Source: Candidatus Bipolaricaulota bacterium (GTDB taxonomy: Bacteria; Bipolaricaulota; Bipolaricaulia; RBG-16-55-9; DRXL01). From it: 64,000 nt of DNA. Numbering within the stretch: the stretch's first letter is position 1; each line of letters opens with the position of its first letter. Location: positions 26,842 through 90,841 of the forward strand of contig CALLJK010000002.1 in NCBI GenBank assembly GCA_938091745.1, read 5' to 3'. The notes beneath the pieces are model-generated. The model was not told where the DNA came from, did no database searches, and saw only the letters and a list, made by a program, of their open reading frames with translations. The translations under genes and the position numbers were made by a program. Shown here piece after piece: positions 38,856 through 49,500 of this stretch.

Positions 38856-39542
38856 TTGAGGGATGTGGAATCGAGCGGATCACCCCAGAAGGATCGGCTG
38901 GAGATGATCCGGCGCCTCGAGGCCCAGGGGATCACGGACAAGAGAGTGCTCGAGGTGATGGGACGCATTCCACGCCATCTCTTCCTCCCTAATGCCCTGT
39001 GGGATCACGCGTATGCTGATCATCCTGTGCCCATCGACTGCGGCCAGACGATCTCCCAGCCCTATATTGTCGCTCTGATGACTCAAGCGTTACAGCTGGA
39101 GAAGAGCGATCGGGTGCTGGAGATCGGTACGGGGTCAGGGTATCAGACGGCGATCTTAGCTGAATTAGCCGGACACGTCTATACGATCGAGCGCTTCGCT
39201 GCGCTCTCTGAGAAAGCGCGCAAGCTCTTGACTGATGCGGGGTATACGAATATCAGTTTTCGGGTAGGAGATGGGACGCTGGGGTGGCCCGAAGAGGCGC
39301 CCTTTCATAAAATTATTGTGACGGCCGCAGCACCGGAGGTGCCTTCATCGCTGGTGGAGCAATTGGCCGAAGGCGGCAGGATAGTCATCCCAGTGGGAGG
39401 GCGTCAGCTGCAAACGCTTCTTGCCCTCACCAAAGAGCAGGGGAAGCTGCATCGCGAGGAACTCTGCGCGTGCAGCTTCTTGCCGCTCATCGGCAGAGAG
39501 GGTTGGCCGGATCAAGAGACCTGGCTCCAGCATCTGTTATGA
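38856..39542 (+). CDS. pcm: Protein-L-isoaspartate O-methyltransferase
   Basis: PRHLF, GQTISQPY, LEIGTGSGY, GDGTLGW, QLAEGG; TTG start after SD AAGGAG. Confidence 0.95.
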   Translation: MRDVESSGSPQKDRLEMIRRLEAQGITDKRVLEVMGRIPRHLFLPNALWDHAYADHPVPIDCGQTISQPYIVALMTQALQLEKSDRVLEIGTGSGYQTAILAELAGHVYTIERFAALSEKARKLLTDAGYTNISFRVGDGTLGWPEEAPFHKIIVTAAAPEVPSSLVEQLAEGGRIVIPVGGRQLQTLLALTKEQGKLHREELCACSFLPLIGREGWPDQETWLQHLL

Positions 39543-39637
39543 ATGGGGAAGGAGGGAAGATAAACAGAACTCAAAGCAATAATCTGACTACGCTTATAGC
39601 ACTATAAACTCATACGACAAAAACCAGGAGGTATCAC

Positions 39638-40591
39638 ATGAAAACAATAAGATTTGTGTTACTCATTGTTGGGGTGCTCTTCGTCGCCGGAACGCTCTTG
39701 ACCAGCTGCGGTGGTGGAGTCAAGCCCCCCACAGCCGTGATCACTAAGCCGCAGAGTGGTGCGCAGTTTACAGTCAACCAAGCTATCGAGTTTGCAGGAT
39801 CAGCCAAGGACGATGCCGGCAAGGAGGTCACAAAAGATATCGTCTTTGAGTGGGACTTTGGCGATGGCACAACAGAGAAGGGCCAAACCGTCTCTCACAC
39901 ATACAGCACCAGTGGGACGTACACCGTGAAGTTGACGGTCAAGACCGCGGCTCAAGCCAAAGAGACAAGCCCCAAGCTCGAAGCGAAGCAGACAGCCCAG
40001 ATCGAGATCACAGTGACAGCGGCCCTGTCGGTGGCGATCTCGGCGAGCGTCATAGAGGGGCCAGCTCCGTTAGAAGTCTCATTCACTGCGGAAGTCCAGG
40101 GCATAGCAGCCAGCTACACTTGGGACTTCGGCGACGGCTCCACAAGCTCCGAAGCCAACCCAACGCATACGTTCACGACTGAGGGGACGTACACGGTGAA
40201 GCTCATCGTGACTGCCCCTGACGGCAGCACCGCTTCTGCAGAGAAGACGATCACCGTGACAGCACCACAACAAGCGTCACGGAACCTTTATATTGTCAAA
40301 ATGGTGAGCACTTCTGATGGCCGGCATTTCTTTGACCCAGCAGAGTTGACCATCAGAGTCGGCGAGACGGTTCGCTGGGTGAGCGAGTGTGCAGAGGGCA
40401 TGACCTGTGTCTATTCGGTCCAAGCGTATCCCGATAAGATCCCCGCGGGCGCGGAAGCCTTCAACTCAGGGCTCCTTATGGAGCAGGGACAGTCATTTGA
40501 GTATACGTTCACTGTCCCTGGAGAATATGAATACTTCTGCTTGTCCTATGAGCCCATGGGGATGAAGGGGAAGATCATCGTGCAGCCGTAA
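39638..40591 (+). CDS. Lipoprotein with two PKD domains and a C-terminal cupredoxin-like domain
   Basis: Lipobox LTSC; two WDFGDG motifs; [36 protein letters not shown]. Confidence 0.85.
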   Translation: MKTIRFVLLIVGVLFVAGTLLTSCGGGVKPPTAVITKPQSGAQFTVNQAIEFAGSAKDDAGKEVTKDIVFEWDFGDGTTEKGQTVSHTYSTSGTYTVKLTVKTAAQAKETSPKLEAKQTAQIEITVTAALSVAISASVIEGPAPLEVSFTAEVQGIAASYTWDFGDGSTSSEANPTHTFTTEGTYTVKLIVTAPDGSTASAEKTITVTAPQQASRNLYIVKMVSTSDGRHFFDPAELTIRVGETVRWVSECAEGMTCVYSVQAYPDKIPAGAEAFNSGLLMEQGQSFEYTFTVPGEYEYFCLSYEPMGMKGKIIVQP

Positions 40592-40598
40592 TGAGAGG

Positions 40599-40704
40599 AG
40601 GCCCTCACTCCCCAGGCTTCGCCTGGACCGTACATCTTCGCCAGCCACAGGCTGGCGAAGGTGAAGCCCACGCGCAGCGTGCCCGTAGGGCGGGGTGAGG
40701 GCCT
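40599..40704. repeat. 106-bp intergenic palindromic element
   Basis: AGGCCCTCAC/GTGAGGGCCT termini; sub-hairpins CCAGGCTTCGCCTGG and CTTCGCCAGCC-ACA-GGCTGGCGAAG; homologue of 29017-29121. Confidence 0.9.
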
Positions 40705-40712
40705 TAAATATC

Positions 40713-41738
40713 ATGCGAAAGATTATAGACCTGCGCAGCGACACAGTCACGAAGCCGACGCCCCCGATGCGTCGCGCCATGGCCGAGGCTGAAGTCGGCG
40801 ACGACGTCTTCGGGGAAGATCCTACGGTCAATAAGCTCCAAGAATACGCGGCTCAGCTCTTCGGACGCGAAGCAGCGCTCTTTGTCCCTTCGGGGACGAT
40901 GGGCAACCAAATCGCCATCAAAGTCCACACCCAGCCAGGGGATGAAGTCATTGTCGAAGAAGCTTCCCATATCTTTAACTCCGAGATGGCGATGATGGGA
41001 GCGTTTTCGGGGGTTATCCCCCGCCCGATCCCTAGTGAGCGTGGGTTCCTGCGCTGGGAGCAGATCGAGCGCGCTATCCGACCGAAAGTGTATTACTATG
41101 CTCAAACGCGCCTGATCTGCTTAGAAAACACTCATAACTTCAAGGGCGGAGGCGTCTATCCTGTAGAGTGGGCCAGAGAGATTATCGAAAGGGCGCACGA
41201 GCGTGGCTTGGCCGTGCATCTCGATGGGGCGCGAATCTTCAACGCTGCTATTGCGACTGGGCGCTCAGTGAAGGAGCTGACGGAGGGCTTTGATTCTGTG
41301 ATGTTTTGTCTCTCCAAGGGGCTAGGAGCGCCGGTGGGCTCGATGCTCGTCGGTTCAAAAGAATTCATTGAGAAAGCCCGACGGGTGCGCAAGATGCTCG
41401 GTGGGGGGATGCGCCAGGTCGGGATTCTCGCTGCCGCAGGACTCTATGCGCTCGAGCATCATGTTGAGCGGCTTGCCGAAGATCATGAGAACGCCCAGCT
41501 GCTCGCGAAGGTTCTCCAAGAGATCCCCGAGGTGCGCCTCGAGCCTGTCGAGACCAATATCGTGATCTTCGAGCTCTCCAAGACGCCTGCCGAAAGGCTA
41601 ATTGCTGAGCTCAAACAGAGAGATATTTTAGCTTTAGCAATCGGGCCACGTCGGATACGCTTAGTAACACATCTTGACGTATCGCGAGAAGACGTGCTAT
41701 ACGCCGCTCAGGCTATCCGAGAGATTCTCCAAAAATAA
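40713..41738 (+). CDS. ltaE: Low-specificity L-threonine aldolase
   Basis: [54 protein letters not shown]. Confidence 0.95.
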   Translation: MRKIIDLRSDTVTKPTPPMRRAMAEAEVGDDVFGEDPTVNKLQEYAAQLFGREAALFVPSGTMGNQIAIKVHTQPGDEVIVEEASHIFNSEMAMMGAFSGVIPRPIPSERGFLRWEQIERAIRPKVYYYAQTRLICLENTHNFKGGGVYPVEWAREIIERAHERGLAVHLDGARIFNAAIATGRSVKELTEGFDSVMFCLSKGLGAPVGSMLVGSKEFIEKARRVRKMLGGGMRQVGILAAAGLYALEHHVERLAEDHENAQLLAKVLQEIPEVRLEPVETNIVIFELSKTPAERLIAELKQRDILALAIGPRRIRLVTHLDVSREDVLYAAQAIREILQK

Positions 41739-41762
41739 GGAGCCCCTTGGGGGAGGGGCTCC
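41731..41762 (-). terminator. Intrinsic terminator oriented for a minus-strand transcript
   Basis: Minus strand GGAGCCCCT-CCCCCA-AGGGGCTCC followed by TTATTTTT. Confidence 0.65.
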
Positions 41763-41952
41763 ATCCCACCCGCTTGTGGAGTGGTGGTGAGAGGATGGTA
41801 GAGGGATTTTATTATACCCTATCTTCCGAAAGCCGTCTGTAGCGGAGATCACATTGAAACTTTTTTCTCAGTTGATGGTATTTATACGTGTCACGCTCTA
41901 GGCACAGGGGGCAATCCCGTGCTATAATGGGGCGGACCGAAGGAGGCCATCT

Positions 41953-43236
41953 ATGCGCGCAGCTCTCAGCCGTCGCACGTTCCTGCGAGTCCTGGGGGCC
42001 ACAGCCGGGGCTCTCGTCTTGGGACACTATAAGGGTTTCAGCCAGCAAACGATGACCATCGGGGTTCTCGGAAGCACAGCCTCTCCCCTCGGCCAAGGGA
42101 TTCTCAACGGAGCACAACTGGCAGCGAGCGAGCTGAATTTCAAGCTCATCCCCCAAGATCTGGGCAGCGAGACCGATCCCGCCCGCGCTCGGGCCGCGTT
42201 GAACGATCTCATTGGTAAGGGGGCTGACGCTATCGTAGGTCTCTCCCGCGCAGACACGATCCCCGCGCTCTTGCTCGACATCCCCAAAGTCAAGAAGCCC
42301 TTTATTATCACGGGGACGCCGCTGCTGGGGACGGATCAAGTCGCCGGGAACTTTGAGAATTTTAAATATATCTTTCGCGCGGGCCTCGTCAGCGCTAGCG
42401 CACAAGCTTTCGATGGCGGCGAGTTCAGCCGGGAGTTTTTGGTCGGGCATCTGATTAAAGACAAGGTGCTTCGATCAAACGCTGTCGCTATCGTTGGTGA
42501 TACATCCAAGCAGAGCGCGGACTTTCGCGCCGCATTGCTGCCCAGGCTCACGCGAGCAGGCTTAGACGTCGTGGGCAATCTCGCCGACGGTCAGGCTGGA
42601 GTGCTCTTAGAGCGCTTGCAGAAGATCAACGTGCCCACGGCGATCACGGCGTTCTTTGATGCCAAGATTGGAACGGAATTCGCGCAGGGCTGGTCCGCAA
42701 ACAAAGTGAAAGTCGCGCTCTTTGGGTGGAACGAAGCGCTACTTTATGACGATCTGAAGGGCGCAGCCACAGGGTATGTCGTCACGGACTTCGTGGCGGA
42801 GACTGAAAGAGTGGGCCCCAAAACGCTCGAGTTCTATAAGAAATATCAAGCGCAGTTCAAAGTGCGGCCGGTCTTCACAGCGGCGACCACCTATGATGCT
42901 GTTTATGCGCTCGCTGATGCGCTCGGGCGCGCCCGCACCACCGAAGCTGAAGCCCTGGTCAAGGCCTTGGAAGGGACTCGCATGAACGGGGTTGTGGGCT
43001 TGATCCGATTCTATACAGTAGAAGAGCAGCAGCGCGACCCGCTGAAGTTAGCTGTCGCCCACGATCAGGTCTATGGGATCAACAAGACAGCTCCAGCACC
43101 AGTGCCAGGAGCAGCGTCGGCATTTGACGGAGTCCGGCCCTTCTATACCCAGCTAGCTTCTGACGGCCGACGGGTCGTGCTCTATCCCGCTGAATACGCG
43201 ACCGGCTCGTATACGCTGCCGCCACATTTCGGATAG
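41953..43236 (+). CDS. Tat-exported substrate-binding protein (Liv-like fold), orphan
   Basis: SRRTFL signal; YIFR, TYDAVYALADA, G..GLIRF; extended -10 TGCTATAAT and SD AGGAGG upstream. Confidence 0.75.
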   Translation: MRAALSRRTFLRVLGATAGALVLGHYKGFSQQTMTIGVLGSTASPLGQGILNGAQLAASELNFKLIPQDLGSETDPARARAALNDLIGKGADAIVGLSRADTIPALLLDIPKVKKPFIITGTPLLGTDQVAGNFENFKYIFRAGLVSASAQAFDGGEFSREFLVGHLIKDKVLRSNAVAIVGDTSKQSADFRAALLPRLTRAGLDVVGNLADGQAGVLLERLQKINVPTAITAFFDAKIGTEFAQGWSANKVKVALFGWNEALLYDDLKGAATGYVVTDFVAETERVGPKTLEFYKKYQAQFKVRPVFTAATTYDAVYALADALGRARTTEAEALVKALEGTRMNGVVGLIRFYTVEEQQRDPLKLAVAHDQVYGINKTAPAPVPGAASAFDGVRPFYTQLASDGRRVVLYPAEYATGSYTLPPHFG

Positions 43237-43262
43237 CACCAAAACTTTAAGGAGGTTGAACG

Positions 43263-45161
43263 ATGAGGCGCAGGGGGAATAATAGCATAGGTCGAGCGTT
43301 CGTGCTCACGCTGCTGTTGGTTATAGTCGGTCTGAACACCCCAGGGTTGCTCTCGCAGTCCCAGATCGAGAGTCCAGAAGCCCCGCGCGTGATATACGTG
43401 CTCCTGCCCACGGGCCGATGCGTCATCGCGCCACCAGGTTTGCCCGCAGATAATTGCCCCTCAGGGACTCTCCCCCCGAAAGAGACTTTTATCAATTGGA
43501 TCGCAGCCGATGGGAGTGACTTTGAGGGAGCTATCGGGTACAAAGATATCAATAAAGACATAATCAAAGTGACATTTCGCGTCATCGAAGCGACCGAAGT
43601 GAAGGACGCCCCGCCAGGGACGTTTCGAGCGGGGCAGATCTTCAGCTTTGAGCCCCCAGCCCAGACAAGCGAGACAGGGGAATTTGGCTTTCGCATCTTC
43701 ACGACCGTGCCGCAAGATGTCACCCTCGAAGTGACGCTCGAAGATGCCAAGAAGAACGTCAGCCAACCCAAGATATTTTCTTTTAAAGCCGTCGGCCCAG
43801 AGCCGATCATCAGCAAGATCATCTTCCCTACGGAGATCCCCCTCGGGGCTGAGCAGAAAGTCCTAGTCGGTTTCATAGATCGTGAGGGCCAATTGAGCCG
43901 CGTCTACTTTCAGCTGATCAACTTTGATCCCAAGCGTGTGGGGGACTGCTCGCTGCCCATCGACCCCAATGGCATCGATGTGAGCGAGCAAGTCTTGGGC
44001 GACAAAGAAGGCGAGCTAAGTTTTTCCATGTCGTGCAACAGCGCGCAGCGGCTCAAGTTCCACGTCGTCTTAGTGGACCGCCAAGGCAATCGGAGCGAGC
44101 GGAGCATCCTGCGGCAGCAAAGCACGTTTGAGTTTATCGCAGGGCGCAAAGTCGCTGATGGGCTCTTCTTCCTCGATCAATTTGGGCGAGATGGCAGCGA
44201 ACTTGGCGCATTCCGGAGCCCCCAGGGAATCGCTGTGGACAGTAAAGGGTTCATCTACGTTGCCGATACGGAGAACCATCGCATTCAAGTCTTTGATCCG
44301 AGCACGTTCAAACTCACGGAAAAGCTCCCACGGGCTGTGTGGGGTAGCCGATGTCTGTTGCGGACCGGGGAGGGGTGTCGCGATCCCGATGGCGGGGGGC
44401 CGCTTGTTCCAGGCGATGGGCAGTTTGACGGCCCAACAGATGTCGCCGTCGACGCAGCAGGCAATGTCTATGTCGTGGACAGCGGCAATCATAGAATCCA
44501 GAAATTTGACGCTAACGGGAAGTTCTTGGCTAAGTGGGGCACACGTGGCAGTGGCCCTGGCCAGTTTGATGCCCCTATCAGCATTGGACTGGACAGCACG
44601 GGAAGGTTCGCCTACGTGGCTGATAAAGGGAACCATCGCATTCAGAAATTTGACATTAGTCGGTCCCCAGTGCAATTCATAACCCAATGGGGGAGCGAAT
44701 GTAATCTCACGATGACACCTCCCACAGGGCGCTGCGTCGATCCCGATGGTGCCGGTCCACGCCAGATTGGCGATGGGCAATTTTTTGAACCGAAGGCAGT
44801 GGCTGTCGATAGAGCAGGAAATGTCTATGTCTCAGATACAGGGAATCATCGCATTCAGAAATTCAAAGAGAACGGGGAGTTTCTGCTCAAGTTTGGGCGC
44901 AAAGGCTTTGCCCCAGGGCAGTTCGATACCCCTCGCGGTTTAGCCTTCACGGACCAAGGGAACTTGCTCGTCGTTGATCAAGATAATCATCGTGTCCAGG
45001 AATTTGACAGCGAAGGCAAATTCGTGCGGCAATGGGGTGTGCAAGGCACGGGGGAAGGGGAGTTCAACGCGCCGCAAGATATTGCTCTCGACAGCGCGGG
45101 CAATATCTATATTGTCGAACTGCTCAACAATCGCGTGCAAAAATTAGGGGACCTAAAATAG
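43263..45161 (+). CDS. Exported NHL-repeat beta-propeller protein
   Basis: Six repeats of F..P.(G/D)(I/V)AVD..G.(I/V)YV.D..NHR(I/V)Q; signal peptide. Confidence 0.9.
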   Translation: MRRRGNNSIGRAFVLTLLLVIVGLNTPGLLSQSQIESPEAPRVIYVLLPTGRCVIAPPGLPADNCPSGTLPPKETFINWIAADGSDFEGAIGYKDINKDIIKVTFRVIEATEVKDAPPGTFRAGQIFSFEPPAQTSETGEFGFRIFTTVPQDVTLEVTLEDAKKNVSQPKIFSFKAVGPEPIISKIIFPTEIPLGAEQKVLVGFIDREGQLSRVYFQLINFDPKRVGDCSLPIDPNGIDVSEQVLGDKEGELSFSMSCNSAQRLKFHVVLVDRQGNRSERSILRQQSTFEFIAGRKVADGLFFLDQFGRDGSELGAFRSPQGIAVDSKGFIYVADTENHRIQVFDPSTFKLTEKLPRAVWGSRCLLRTGEGCRDPDGGGPLVPGDGQFDGPTDVAVDAAGNVYVVDSGNHRIQKFDANGKFLAKWGTRGSGPGQFDAPISIGLDSTGRFAYVADKGNHRIQKFDISRSPVQFITQWGSECNLTMTPPTGRCVDPDGAGPRQIGDGQFFEPKAVAVDRAGNVYVSDTGNHRIQKFKENGEFLLKFGRKGFAPGQFDTPRGLAFTDQGNLLVVDQDNHRVQEFDSEGKFVRQWGVQGTGEGEFNAPQDIALDSAGNIYIVELLNNRVQKLGDLK

Positions 45162-45177
45162 CTCCAAGGAGGCGACT

Positions 45178-46452
45178 ATGCACCGTATCGCGAGAGTGCT
45201 GGCTGTCGCTATCGTATTGGGCGCGCTCAGCACAGTATCAGCGGGGCTAGCGCAGAGCAATCTGCAGTTGGTCTTCAAAGTGCCTGATGGCAGCCCTATT
45301 CGTTCTTCGCCCGTGATTGACCTAGCGAAGAACGCCATCTATTTTGGGGCCGATGACGGGAATCTCTACGCGATCCCACTGATCAGTTCTGAGCAACCTC
45401 GACGAGCCAAGTGGGTCTTTTCGCCCGACCCTGATCCTGCGAAGCGCCACCCCATGCGTACTTCCCCAGTGATTGACGAAGCGCGCAACAGAATCTATAT
45501 CGGGGCCGATGACGGCAAGCTCTACGCTGTGGACCGAGACACGGGGCAGCTCGTCGAGGGATTTAACCCTGCTCAGCGGGCTGCTCCCATTCGTGTGCCC
45601 CCGGCGCTGGATCAGCCCAGGAGTACACTCTATGTCGCTGGGGATGACCAGCAACTCCTGGCTCTCAACGCCCTGACTGGTGAGCTTGGTGGCCCAACTA
45701 ACCCTACATTCAATGCGGCAAAAGGGGCCATTCGCACTGCGCCCATCATCGATTTTGTCAAAAGTGCGGTCTATTTTGGCTCCGACGATGGGAAATTCTA
45801 TGCGATTGATCGCGATAATTTTCAGACGAACGTCTTTAGCCCTGTAGTAATTGGTAGCCCGATCCGAGGCTCGCCACTGTTGGATATCCTTGGAACTGAA
45901 GGCGCCGTGATCTATTTCGGTGCAGACAACGGGGTCTTCTACGCAATTGATCGTGAAGGCAAAGAACTCTATACCTTCGAGACCTTCGGGCCAGTCCGCA
46001 CCAAAGCCGCTGTCGACCCTGTCAAGAACGCCGTCTATTTTGTCTCCGATGACGGCAAGCTCTATGCGCTCTTTCGGAGCGACGAGAAAGATAGCAAGGG
46101 CCAGCCCATAAAGGGCAGGGAGCGCGGCAAGCAGAAATTCGCTGTCGCTATCGTGACCGATAACAATCCCAATCCCTTCGACGGGGACCTGCCGCGCTCG
46201 TCACCAGTCGTTGACCGTCGTCTGGGAGCCACCGGAACAGGGACGATCATCGTTGGGTCTGTGGACGGCAGACTCTACGGGATCAGTCCTGATAGCGGGC
46301 GCGCTCAGTTTATTCTCGCTGTGCCAGGTGCCGGCATCGATCCCCGCGCGGCGATCCGTACTACCCCAGCGCTCTACGTCAGCGGCCCCAGTGCGTCTAT
46401 AGATATCTATGTCGGCGCAGACGACGGTGGGCTCTACGTTGCACGACGATAA
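45178..46452 (+). CDS. Exported PQQ-like (BamB-type) beta-propeller protein
   Basis: Eight repeats of (I/V)Y.G.DDG.(L/F)YA; signal peptide ending GLA-Q. Confidence 0.88.
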   Translation: MHRIARVLAVAIVLGALSTVSAGLAQSNLQLVFKVPDGSPIRSSPVIDLAKNAIYFGADDGNLYAIPLISSEQPRRAKWVFSPDPDPAKRHPMRTSPVIDEARNRIYIGADDGKLYAVDRDTGQLVEGFNPAQRAAPIRVPPALDQPRSTLYVAGDDQQLLALNALTGELGGPTNPTFNAAKGAIRTAPIIDFVKSAVYFGSDDGKFYAIDRDNFQTNVFSPVVIGSPIRGSPLLDILGTEGAVIYFGADNGVFYAIDREGKELYTFETFGPVRTKAAVDPVKNAVYFVSDDGKLYALFRSDEKDSKGQPIKGRERGKQKFAVAIVTDNNPNPFDGDLPRSSPVVDRRLGATGTGTIIVGSVDGRLYGISPDSGRAQFILAVPGAGIDPRAAIRTTPALYVSGPSASIDIYVGADDGGLYVARR

Positions 46453-46532
46453 GGGATTGGACTTTGCAAATATTACGAGCTAGAATGATCTTAGAAAAAG
46501 ATCTGGCATACACCATCAAGGAGGTGGCATTC

Positions 46533-49500
46533 ATGGATCGCTGGGCGCGGTGCACCGGGGAAATATCGCGAACGTGGGTGCGTAGTCTTGGAGTAATTCT
46601 GATTGTTCTCTTTACTGTTATGGTGTGGGGAGGGGGGTCAAGCCGTTGGACGGTGTGGAGCCAAGCGGGTGCTCCTGCTTTGCCGGAGCTGCATCCTATC
46701 AGTCTTGTGCTCAGCCCTGCCTCCCCAGTCGATAAGGGTTTTGCGGTGGTCGCACGCGCGAAGATCGTCAATACTGGCGGCAGCCCCGCGCCGCGCTTTG
46801 CTGTCGAATTTTTCTATAGATTGAAGAGCGACCCCACCCGCCCGTGGGTGAGCTTCCCCGACGGCAAGGGACTTGTTCTTCTGTCACAAGGGCTGAGCCC
46901 CCGTGACCAAGCGATCACTGTTGAGGGAACGCTCGACACATCGAAGGCCGAAATCGAGCCGGGAAACTACGAGATCAAAGTCTTAGTCGATTCTACCAAT
47001 CAGATCTCCGAGGAAGACGAGACAAATAACGAATTAATCGTGGGCTTGCAGATTCGCCCGTCACGGCTTAACAAGCCCGATCTCATTCCCATCGCGCTCG
47101 CGTTCGATCCGGCGTCCCCGTTGGATATTAACGGCAGGACAACAGTAACGGTGACGATTCGCAACAGCGGCCCTGTCGATGCCGGTACGTTCGATGTGCA
47201 GTATCTCTTCTGTAAGCTTCCAACGCCGCGCAGCACTTGCCCACCCGATCAGTTAGTCGAATTCGCCCGAGCAACTATCTCTGAAGGGCTGAGGGCAGGC
47301 GAGGAGCGCTCTGAAAAGTCTGAATTCCCCAACCCCCGTGACCCTCGTATGGCTCAGCTCGAGCCTGGGACGTATCTCATCCACGTGCGAGTTGACCCGG
47401 TAACTAAAGAACAACCGAATGGTGCTGTCGAGGAACAGGACGAAGCGAACAATGCTTTGACAGCATATCTCATGGTCAAAGGGCCGGAGCTTTACCCTGA
47501 AAGCCTTGTGCTCACACCAACACCAGTTCGTGCTGGTGATGAAGTGCTCGTCACGGCTCAGATCGCGAATGCTGGGACAGCCCCAGCTGAAGGGGTCCTA
47601 GTGGCGTTCTTCGTGAACGAGCGCCGTTTTGCGACCGTAACTGTACCAAAGATAGCTGAAGCTTCCAGGCAAACAGCTCAGGTCTCCTTAAAGACAGGAG
47701 AACTCTCCTTGCAGCCGGGTATTCATGAGCTGCGCGTTGTCGTAGACCCCGACGATCGTATCAGTGAACTCGATGAGTCCAATAATATTCTGACGACAGC
47801 GCTGACTTTACAGCCTCCTCTGCCCCGATTGCCGGAGCTTGCTCCAAAGAGCTTATTCGTGACGCCGGCATCGCCTATTGAGCAAGGGAAGGGCACAGTC
47901 ACCGCGGAGATCATCAACAATGGGATGAAAGTCGCCGAGGGGTTTGACGTCGAATTCTCCGTGCGCGAGGCGGGACGCCTGCGCTGGAACCCCATCCCGT
48001 GCACGGCCAACTGCACGAACAATAAGCTCAATCCCAATGCCGAGCTGACCGCGCAGGCGCAACTGCCCTCGCTCACCCCAGGGGCTTATGAAGTGCGCAT
48101 TGTTATAGACCCCCAAGGGCGCGTCGCAGAACTAGACGAGACGAACAACGAGATGGTCATCGGCTTTCGCGTGATTCTCCCGCGCCGGCCCGATCTGGCG
48201 ATCACAGCGTTCGCATTTGACCCGCCATCGCTGGCCGCGCATCGTGGGCAGCCCGTGCGCATACTCTTCACGGTCGAAAACATCGGTGACGCTCCCGCTG
48301 AAAGCTCCGAAGCGCAATGCGCGTATCGTCGTCTGGAGGACGTGACAGCTACGCCGGTCCCCTTCGCACGGGTTGCTGTGCCTCCTCTTGTGCCGGGCGG
48401 AAAGTTCGCTGCCGAGTGTCGGTTGGAGACAGGCCCGCCAGTGCGCCCAGGCTTCTATGAGCTGACAGTAACTCTTGACCCGCAGAACCGTATCGAAGAA
48501 CAGAACGAAGCCAATAATATCGTTACCAGTGGCACGGGTATTCCAGGCCAGCCAGGCCAAGGGCAAGCCTTGCTCATCTTCGGGCCGGATCTCTTCCCCG
48601 ATCGTGCTACGCTCAAAGTCAAGCGCGCGAACACTCCAGAGACCCCCGTAGCGCCGATCAGCTTGGACATCACCCAAGGCGAGATGCTCGATCTTGAAGT
48701 GACGGTCAGAAACACTGGGCAAGTCGCTGCCGGAGGCTTCGACGTCGCCTTCTGCATCCGTGAGTATTTCTCCCAGCAGCCGTGCACGGAGATCGGGACA
48801 CGATCCCGCACGACAGGCCTCGGGCTGACTGACGAATTCATCGCGAAGACCCAAGTGAGCACGGAGCCCTTCGCGCCAGGAGTCTATGAGATCGGGGTCA
48901 TCGTCGATCCGCCGACAGCGGACCAGCCCTACGGGCGCGTCGAAGAAGTCAGCGAGCTCAATAATTACATTGGTGGGCCTCGCGCCGCCCGCGGCCTCCA
49001 AGTGATCATCGTTGGGAAGCCAGATTTGACTTTCCGTGAGCCGCTGGTCTTCCAACCCAGCGGGCCCGTGCCCATCGGCACGCCCTTGGGGGTCTTCGCC
49101 GATGTACAAAACATTGGAGCCGGGCGGACGACCCGTGACTTCAAAGTAGAATTCGCTTTCCGCCGTGTGGACGATCCCGCCCAGCCTAGCCCAGAGTTTA
49201 AGGTCTTCGGCACGGCGATCATCACCGAGCTTGAGGTGGGACCGGACAAAGCCAAACAAGTCAAAGTCGAGCTGGATACGAGCAATCTCGTCCCGGGTCT
49301 TTACGAGATCCGCGTCACGCTCGACCCGGAGAACGTGATCCCAGAGCTCAATGAGACCAATAACATGCAAACAGCACGAGTGGCCATCGGCGGCGCAGTC
49401 GGGCTGGTCGACCTCGCCGTGACCAGCTTGACCCTCACGCCGAATCAGCCAACCGTATCACGCGGGCAGATCGTTCGGTTCTCCGCTGTGATTGCGAACT

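Noticed and set aside
41812-42450. 212-aa minus-strand ORF that could explain the minus-strand terminator
   Set aside because: Mostly antisense to the Tat SBP gene, with no SD or motifs.
48132-49370. 412-aa minus-strand ORF
   Set aside because: Fully antisense to the CARDB gene with no recognisable motifs; a typical shadow ORF in GC-rich DNA.
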